Shown here: in pieces, positions 8,001 through 11,702 of the stretch | How the letters are laid out: every line of letters begins with the position of its first letter | Numbering within the stretch: position 1 is the first letter of the stretch | Source of the DNA: a virus | Taxonomy: Duplodnaviria > Heunggongvirae > Uroviricota > Caudoviricetes | Direction: 5' to 3' (one strand) | IMG/VR virus record: IMGVR_UViG_2744054854_000004 | Length of the DNA: 11,702 bases | Translations under genes and position numbers: made by a program | The notes under the pieces: generated by a model | The model's database searches: none | The model's input: the letters and a program-made list of their open reading frames with translations, nothing else | What the model was told of the DNA's origin: nothing

Positions 8001-8144
8001 ATGCAGATCATCATTCAGACGCAGCCAGGACAAAGTGCGCAGGATATTGCGCGGGAGGTGGCCCGCCAGCTTGATGAACGTGAACGCAGGCTGAAAGCAA
8101 AAGCCAGGAGTAACTACAGCGATCAGGGGGGATACGACGCATGA
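5067..8144 (+). CDS. T: Tail tape measure protein (P2 gpT homolog)
   Basis: 1025 aa; coiled-coil-rich N-terminal third, Ala/Gly/Leu-rich hydrophobic middle with degenerate peptide repeats, position between E/E' and U. Confidence 0.9.
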   Translation: MSDNNLRLQVILNAVDKLTRPFRSAQASSRELAAAVKKSRDAIKQLDQAGSSLDSFRKLQAENQKLGDRLNYARQRANLLSQELGAMGPPSQRQVVALGRQRLAVQRLEERQKKLQQQTALVRAELYRAGISAKDDAGATARLARETSRYNQELSKQEARLKRLGEAQRRMNAARASYASSLEVRDRIAGAGATTTAAGLAMGAPVMAAVKSYTSMEDAMKGVAKQVNGLRDDNGNRTARFYEMQDAIKAASEQLPMENGAVDFAALVEGGARMNVANPDDSWEDQKRDLLAFASTAAKAATAFELPADELSESLGKIAQLYKIPTRNIEQLGDALNYLDDNAMSKGADIIDVMQRLGGVADRLDYRKAAALGSTFLTLGAAPEVAASAANAMVRELSIATMQSKSFFEGMNLLKLNPEVIEKQMTKDAMGTIQRVLEKVNALPQDKRLSAMTMLFGKEFGDDAAKLANNLPELQRQLKLTAGNDALGSMQKESDINKDSLSAQWLLVKTGAQNTFSSLGETLRQPLMDILYTVKSVTGALRRWVEANPELTGTLMKASAVVAAVTVGLGTLAVALAAVLGPLAVIRLGFSVLGIKTLPSVTAAVTRTSSALSWLAGAPLALLRRGLASSGNAAGLLTAPLSSLRRTASLTGNVLKTVAGAPVALLRSGLSGLRAVAVMFMNPLAVLRGGLTAAGAVLRVLASGPLAMLRVALYAVSGLLGALLSPIGLVVTALAGVALVVWKYWQPITAFLGGVVEGFKAAAGPVSAAFEPLKPVFQWIGDKVQALWGWFTDLLTPVKSTSAELQSAAAMGRRFGEALAEGLNMVMHPLDSLKSGVSWLLEKLGIVSKEAAKAKLPESVTRQQPATVNADGKVMMPSGGFPSWGYGFAGMYDSGGYIPRGQFGIVGENGPEIVNGPANVTSRRNTAALAAVVAGMMGVAAAPAELPPLHPLALPAKGGEAMVSRAATVPPVQRIEAPMQIIIQTQPGQSAQDIAREVARQLDERERRLKAKARSNYSDQGGYDA

Positions 8145-8626
8145 TGATGGTGCTGGGATTGTACGTGTTTATGCTGCGCACCGTGCCGTATCAGGAGCTG
8201 CAGTATCAACGCAGCTGGCGACATGCGGCAAACAGCCGGGTAAACCGACGTCCGTCCACGCAGTTTCTGGGACCGGACAACGACATGCTGACGCTTTCCG
8301 GTGTTCTTATGCCGGAGATAACAGGTGGCAGGCTGTCGTTGCTGGCACTGGAGCAGATGGCAGAACAGGGGAAAGCATGGCCCCTGATTGAAGGCAGCGG
8401 CACGATTTATGGCATGTATGTGATTGAGGGACTGAATCAGACTAAAACGGAGTTTTTCCGCGACGGTATGCCGCGCCGGATTGAGTTCACCCTGTCGCTC
8501 AAACGGGTGGATGAATCCCTGTCCGATATGTTCGGTGATCTCAGTGCGCAACTGAATAATCTGCAGGAAACGGCAACGTCTGCCTTAAGCGATATCAGTA
8601 AAACGGTGGGAGGGCTGCTGTCGTGA
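8141..8626 (+). CDS. U: Tail protein gpU homolog
   Basis: 161 aa; start overlaps the T stop (ATGA at 8141..8144); P2 U-like size and position. Confidence 0.88.
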   Translation: MMMVLGLYVFMLRTVPYQELQYQRSWRHAANSRVNRRPSTQFLGPDNDMLTLSGVLMPEITGGRLSLLALEQMAEQGKAWPLIEGSGTIYGMYVIEGLNQTKTEFFRDGMPRRIEFTLSLKRVDESLSDMFGDLSAQLNNLQETATSALSDISKTVGGLLS

Positions 8627-9723
8627 ATTTCAGCTCTGAACTGCTTAACAAAGGCAACAAAACTCCCGCATTCAGCATCAGTATTGAGGGCAGGGATATC
8701 ACCACTGTGCTGGATAACCGCCTGATGAGTTTGACGCTGACGGATAACCGGGGCTTTGAAGCGGACCAGCTTGATCTGGAGCTGGATGACGCTGACGGAA
8801 AAATCGTGCTGCCGCGCCGTGGTGCGGTCATTACGCTGGCGCTGGGCTGGAAGGGGCAGCCGCTTTTCCCTAAAGGGGCATTCACAGTGGACGAGATTGA
8901 ACACACTGGCGCACCGGACCGCCTGACTATCCGGGCGCGAAGTGCTGATTTTCGGGAAACGCTGAATACCCGCCGTGAAAAATCGTGGCATAAGACCACC
9001 GTCGGGGAAGTGGTGAAGGAAATAGCCGCGCGGCACAAGCTGAAGATGGCACTGGGTAAAGACCTGTCGGATAAGCCCGTGGAGCATATAGACCAGACTA
9101 ATGAGAGTGACGGCAGTTTTCTGATGCGGCTGGCGCGACAGTACGGTGCCATCGCGTCGGTGAAAAATGGCAATCTGTTATTCATCCGGCAGGGGCAGGG
9201 CAAAAGCGCCACTGGTAAACCTCTGCCAGTGATCACTATCACACGCAAGGACGGCGACAGTCACCGATTTACCCTGGCAGATCGCGGAGCCTACACGGGC
9301 GTAATTGCCAGCTGGTTGCATACCCGCGAACCTGCGAAGAAAGAAAGCACCACGGTGAAGCGTAAGCGCAGAACTAAGAAGCAGAAGAAAGAGCCAGAAG
9401 CGAAGCAGGGCGATTACCTGGTGGGTACGGATGAAAACGTGCTGGTACTTAATCGCACTTATGCCAACCGGAGCAACGCCGAACGAGCGGCGAAAATGCA
9501 GTGGGAACGCCTGCAACGCGGCGTTGCGTCATTTTCGCTACAACTGGCAGAAGGGCGGGCAGATCTCTACACGGAAATGCCTGTGAAGGTCAGTGGTTTT
9601 AAACAGCCGATAGATGATGCGGAATGGACCATTACGACTCTGACACATACCGTCAGCCCGGATAACGGTTTTACAACCAGTATTGAACTCGAAGTGAAGA
9701 TTGATGATCTTGAAATGGAATAA
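8623..9723 (+). CDS. D: Tail protein gpD homolog (late gene D)
   Basis: 366 aa; GTG start overlapping the U stop (GTGA 8623..8626); last gene of the P2 tail operon before ogr. Contains a Lys/Arg-rich stretch (KRKRRTKKQKKEPEAK). Confidence 0.88.
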   Translation: MNFSSELLNKGNKTPAFSISIEGRDITTVLDNRLMSLTLTDNRGFEADQLDLELDDADGKIVLPRRGAVITLALGWKGQPLFPKGAFTVDEIEHTGAPDRLTIRARSADFRETLNTRREKSWHKTTVGEVVKEIAARHKLKMALGKDLSDKPVEHIDQTNESDGSFLMRLARQYGAIASVKNGNLLFIRQGQGKSATGKPLPVITITRKDGDSHRFTLADRGAYTGVIASWLHTREPAKKESTTVKRKRRTKKQKKEPEAKQGDYLVGTDENVLVLNRTYANRSNAERAAKMQWERLQRGVASFSLQLAEGRADLYTEMPVKVSGFKQPIDDAEWTITTLTHTVSPDNGFTTSIELEVKIDDLEME

Positions 9724-9736
9724 AGCGTTCTCAATA

Positions 9737-9764
9737 TTGATATTTTGTGTATCATTACAATAAT
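9737..9764 (+). promoter_or_regulatory. Putative sigma70 promoter for ogr
   Basis: -35 TTGATA 9737..9742, 16-bp spacer, -10 AATAAT 9759..9764, in the AT-rich D-ogr intergenic region. Confidence 0.35.
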
Positions 9765-9791
9765 TCTGATAGCAAAGGTAGGGATCTGGAT

Positions 9792-10010
9792 ATGATGAAT
9801 TGTCCAAAGTGTGGTCATGCGGCACACACAAGGAGCAGTTTTCAAGTAACTGAAAGCACCAAAGAGCGTTACTGCCAGTGCCAAAATATTAACTGCGGGA
9901 GCACTTTTGTTACCCATGAAACAGTGGTCCGGTTTATTGTGACACCCGCACTGATTGCTACTGCTCCTCCACATCCATTGCCAGGTGGTCAGGGGCATAT
10001 GAATTTTTGA
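9792..10010 (+). CDS. ogr: Ogr/Delta-family zinc-finger late gene transcriptional activator
   Basis: 72 aa from the ATG at 9792: MMNCPKCGHAAHTRSS...TKERYCQCQNINCGSTF...HPLPGGQ closely matches recalled P2 Ogr (MFHCPLCQHAAHARTS...TKERYHQCQNVNCSATF...HPLPSGQ), with the four Cys at the same positions. The longer ORF from 9747 would start inside the putative promoter. Confidence 0.88.
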   Translation: MMNCPKCGHAAHTRSSFQVTESTKERYCQCQNINCGSTFVTHETVVRFIVTPALIATAPPHPLPGGQGHMNF

Positions 10011-10018
10011 GAAAGAGA

Positions 10019-10040
10019 ACCTGCTACGGCAGGTTTTTAT
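10019..10040. terminator. Bidirectional rho-independent terminator between convergent ogr and the cargo gene
   Basis: Stem CCTGC (10020..10024), loop TACG, stem GCAGG (10029..10033), followed by TTTTTATT on the plus strand and by TTCTCTTTC on the minus strand; 9 nt after the ogr stop and directly abutting the cargo gene stop (TAA 10037..10039). Confidence 0.7.
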
Positions 10041-10519
10041 TCATCTGGGATCTCACCCGTTTCAAGAAAATGTATAAAGCCAGGCTCATCTATGATGATT
10101 GTGCCTTTCATCCTGGCTGCCGATACTTTTGATGGGCCTGCATTGTAACCGCAACAGAGCATCTGAAGGCTTTGGGTTACAGAGGTTCTTACCGTTAATC
10201 CTTGTTCATTCGCCTTATCAACCAATCTTTCTTTATCTGCTTTCTTAAATCCGGTGAAACACACATCGAATGTATTTTTTTTCGGACCAGACTGCTTAGT
10301 GAGATGTGAGTAGTTTTCGGGGAGGAATGATGTGCATTCCTGAATGGCTTGTTCTGGTGAATCGTACTGTTTAAGAATGCGGTCTTTTCGGAAGGTTTTT
10401 ATTCGATCGGTGTTCTTACAAATGCCCTGTATATGATTTTCGCTATAACTGATGCTCTGTATAGAGTGAACACCGATACGACCATTTGCATTGATGTAAA
10501 CAAAGTGAAGTTCTTCCAT
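10037..10519 (-). CDS. Hypothetical 160-aa cargo (moron) protein: N-terminal WYL-like domain plus C-terminal BRCT-like domain; function unknown
   Basis: Strong SD AAGAGG 6 nt before the ATG (10517..10519); uninterrupted ORF. Visibly AT-richer than the flanking tail genes (by eye, not computed). Residues about 85..158 (CFTGFKKADKERLVDKANEQGLTVRTSVTQSLQMLCCGYNAGPSKVSAARMKGTIIIDEPGFIHFL) align by eye to the LigA-type BRCT pattern. Residues about 5..47 (FVYINANGRIGVHSIQSISYSENHIQGICKNTDRIKTFRKDRIL) fit the WYL-domain pattern ending in R-x-F-R-x-D-R-I. Confidence 0.75.
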   Translation of the reverse strand: MEELHFVYINANGRIGVHSIQSISYSENHIQGICKNTDRIKTFRKDRILKQYDSPEQAIQECTSFLPENYSHLTKQSGPKKNTFDVCFTGFKKADKERLVDKANEQGLTVRTSVTQSLQMLCCGYNAGPSKVSAARMKGTIIIDEPGFIHFLETGEIPDE

Positions 10520-10545
10520 GTCAAACCTCTTTGCATGATTTCAAG

Positions 10546-10584
10546 ATGGCGACAGGCAAGATGGACGCAAAAGTCTGTCGCCAT
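10546..10584. repeat. Perfect 10-bp palindrome with 19-bp spacer, containing a direct repeat, in the 5' region of the cargo gene
   Basis: ATGGCGACAG (10546..10555) and CTGTCGCCAT (10575..10584) are exact reverse complements. CAAGATGG occurs twice in direct orientation (10542..10549 and 10557..10564). Lies 27..65 bp upstream of the cargo gene ATG. Confidence 0.6.
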
Positions 10585-10603
10585 TTTGCCGCCACTACCT
10601 AAG

Positions 10604-10632
10604 AAAAAGGGGCTACGCTTTCACGTAACCCC
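10604..10632 (-). terminator. Rho-independent terminator of ssrA
   Basis: On the minus strand, 10 nt after the tmRNA CCA end: GGGGUUACG, 6-nt loop, CGUAGCCCC (9-bp stem with one G-U pair), followed by UUUUUCUU. Confidence 0.75.
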
Positions 10633-10642
10633 TTGATTTATT

Positions 10643-11005
10643 TGGTGGAGCTGGCGGGAGTTGAACCCGCGTCCGAAATTCCTACATCCTCGGTACTACA
10701 TGCTTAGTCAGTCTTTACATTCGCTTGCCAGCTGCGGACGGACACGCCACTAACAAACTAGCCTGATTAAGTTTTAACGCTTCAACCCCAGGCAGGGCTT
10801 CCACGCGATCTCTTTTGGGTTTGACCTCTCTTGATCCCCGTTCTAAGAGCGGAGGCTAGGGAGAGAGGGCTCTAAGCAGGTTATTAAGCTGCTAAAGCGT
10901 AGTTTTCGTCGTTTGCGACTATTTTTTGCGGCTTTTTACGAGGCCAACCGCCCCTCGGCATGCACCTTGGGTTTCGCAAATCCCGTCGAATCCAGAATCA
11001 GCCCC
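10643..11005 (-). ncRNA. ssrA: tmRNA (SsrA, 10Sa RNA), mature 363-nt form
   Basis: Reverse complement reads GGGGCUGAUUCUGGAUUCGACGGG...CGGGUUCAACUCCCGCCAGCUCCACCA, matching E. coli tmRNA as recalled. Tag reading frame GCA AAC GAC GAA AAC UAC GCU UUA GCA GCU UAA (ANDENYALAA) at 10884..10916 on the minus strand. Confidence 0.97.
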
Positions 11006-11019
11006 AATGTGTAAAGGTA

Positions 11020-11049
11020 AGTATACCAGATTTATGAGCGCCATGACCA
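11020..11049 (-). promoter_or_regulatory. Putative ssrA promoter
   Basis: Minus-strand -10 TATACT (11020..11025) a few nt upstream of the mature 5' end, with a weak -35-like TGGTCA (11044..11049) at 18-bp spacing; TSS not determinable from sequence. Confidence 0.35.
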
Positions 11050-11219
11050 GCCTCAATGGCGTTATCGTTAAAGATTTAGCACCCATGTAGCCTGATTTTT
11101 ATTCGATTAAGCAATGGGATGGCAACATTTGTGTCGGATGTGATAGCCAATAAGATGTTCATTCGCGCCGCCGGAGAGGGAGGCGCGGTGAGGAACTGGT
11201 CAATAATTGGAGTGCAGGT

Positions 11220-11702
11220 TTAACGGTGGGCGTTTTTCATGATACGTGCTTTATCCACCTGCCATTCGCGCTCTTTGATATCTGAACGTTTATCGTGCTG
11301 TTTCTTACCTTTGGCGACGCCGATTTTCACTTTGCACCAGGCATTTTTCCAGTACAGGGAGAGCGCCACTACGGTATAGCCTTCTCGATTGACGCGACCG
11401 TACAATGAGTCCAGTTCGCGCTGGTTGAGAAGTAACTTGCGGGTACGGGTAGGATCGCACACCACATGCGTGGAGGCCACGGCCATTGGCGTGATGTTAG
11501 CGCCAAACAGAAATGCCTCTCCGTCACGCAGAAGGACGTAGCTGTCGCTGATATTGGCTTTTCCTGCGCGCAGGGATTTAACTTCCCAGCCTTGCAGGGC
11601 AAGTCCCGCTTCGAACTCTTCTTCGATAAAGTATTCGTGACGGGCGCGCTTGTTAAGCGCGATGGTCGCTGAACCAGGTTTATGTGCTTTTTTCTTCGTC
11701 AT
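11220..11702 (-). CDS. smpB: SsrA-binding protein SmpB (trans-translation cofactor)
   Basis: 160 aa, [80 protein letters not shown]..., matches E. coli SmpB as recalled; canonical smpB-ssrA tandem on the same strand. The start codon is the last three bases of the window. Confidence 0.97.

Larger units (their letters stand above)
273..10642. mobile_element. P2-family prophage, right arm (invertible fibre segment to ogr plus cargo gene), ending at the ssrA 3' end; left part missing from the window
   Basis: Colinear P2-like order FI, FII, E/E', T, U, D, ogr with recognisable proteins; tmRNA 3' end abuts at 10643; Ogr-type late promoter motif present. Confidence 0.85.

Noticed and set aside
9747-9791. 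Longer ogr ORF starting at the ATG at 9747 (87 aa)
   Set aside because: The extension would begin inside the AT-rich putative promoter and add 15 residues before the conserved zinc-finger N-terminus; the start at 9792 gives a 72-aa protein with Cys at positions 4 and 7, as in P2 Ogr.
5281-9998. Numerous ORFs overlapping T, U, D and ogr on either strand (for example 6575..7345, 7224..7658, 8437..9087, 8595..9248, 9567..9998)
   Set aside because: Fully contained within tape measure, U, D or ogr coding sequence in other frames; Ala/Arg/Pro-rich translations characteristic of antisense GC-rich genes.
10399-10636. Small ORFs 10399..10584 (minus strand) and 10433..10636 (plus strand)
   Set aside because: They overlap the 5' end of the cargo gene, its palindromic upstream element and the ssrA terminator; no independent signals.
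10643-11005. Possibility that ssrA is disrupted or partly duplicated by the integration
   Set aside because: The tmRNA reads intact from GGGGCUG to the CCA end with the tag reading frame present; no second partial copy of its 3' end is visible in this window (the partner repeat should be at the far prophage end, outside the window).
11369-11672. ORFs 11369..11602 (minus strand) and 11466..11672 (plus strand)
   Set aside because: Embedded in other frames of the conserved smpB gene.
1-11702. CRISPR arrays, tRNA genes or insertion sequences
   Set aside because: No regularly spaced direct repeats, no tRNA-like cloverleaf sequences other than the tRNA-like ends of tmRNA, and no transposase ORFs or terminal inverted repeats were seen.

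Overview
This window is the right arm of a P2-family (P2/186/Fels-2-like) prophage integrated at the 3' end of ssrA (tmRNA) in an Escherichia coli-like chromosome. From left to right it holds: a 172-bp fragment of an rRNA-operon P1/P2 promoter region, a 100-N scaffold gap, a ~1.75-kb invertible tail-fiber segment with two alternative fibre-tip plus chaperone cassettes, its Pin/Gin/Hin-family invertase, the tail operon FI-FII-E(+E')-T-U-D, ogr, a 160-aa AT-rich cargo gene, then ssrA and smpB on the minus strand. The most interesting item is that cargo gene (10037..10519, minus strand), wedged between ogr and ssrA: it reads as an N-terminal WYL-like domain fused to a C-terminal BRCT-like domain with no catalytic or HTH domain, and has a palindromic putative operator upstream. 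I could not match it to any characterised phage-borne system from memory, and propose it as a candidate moron (defence, anti-defence or DNA-damage sensor). The left end of the contig appears to be an assembly hairpin: 273..367 is the exact reverse complement of 2095..2189, so the true tail-fiber constant region (gpH-like) is not in the window. All calls are from reading the sequence and recalled family knowledge; no searches were run.
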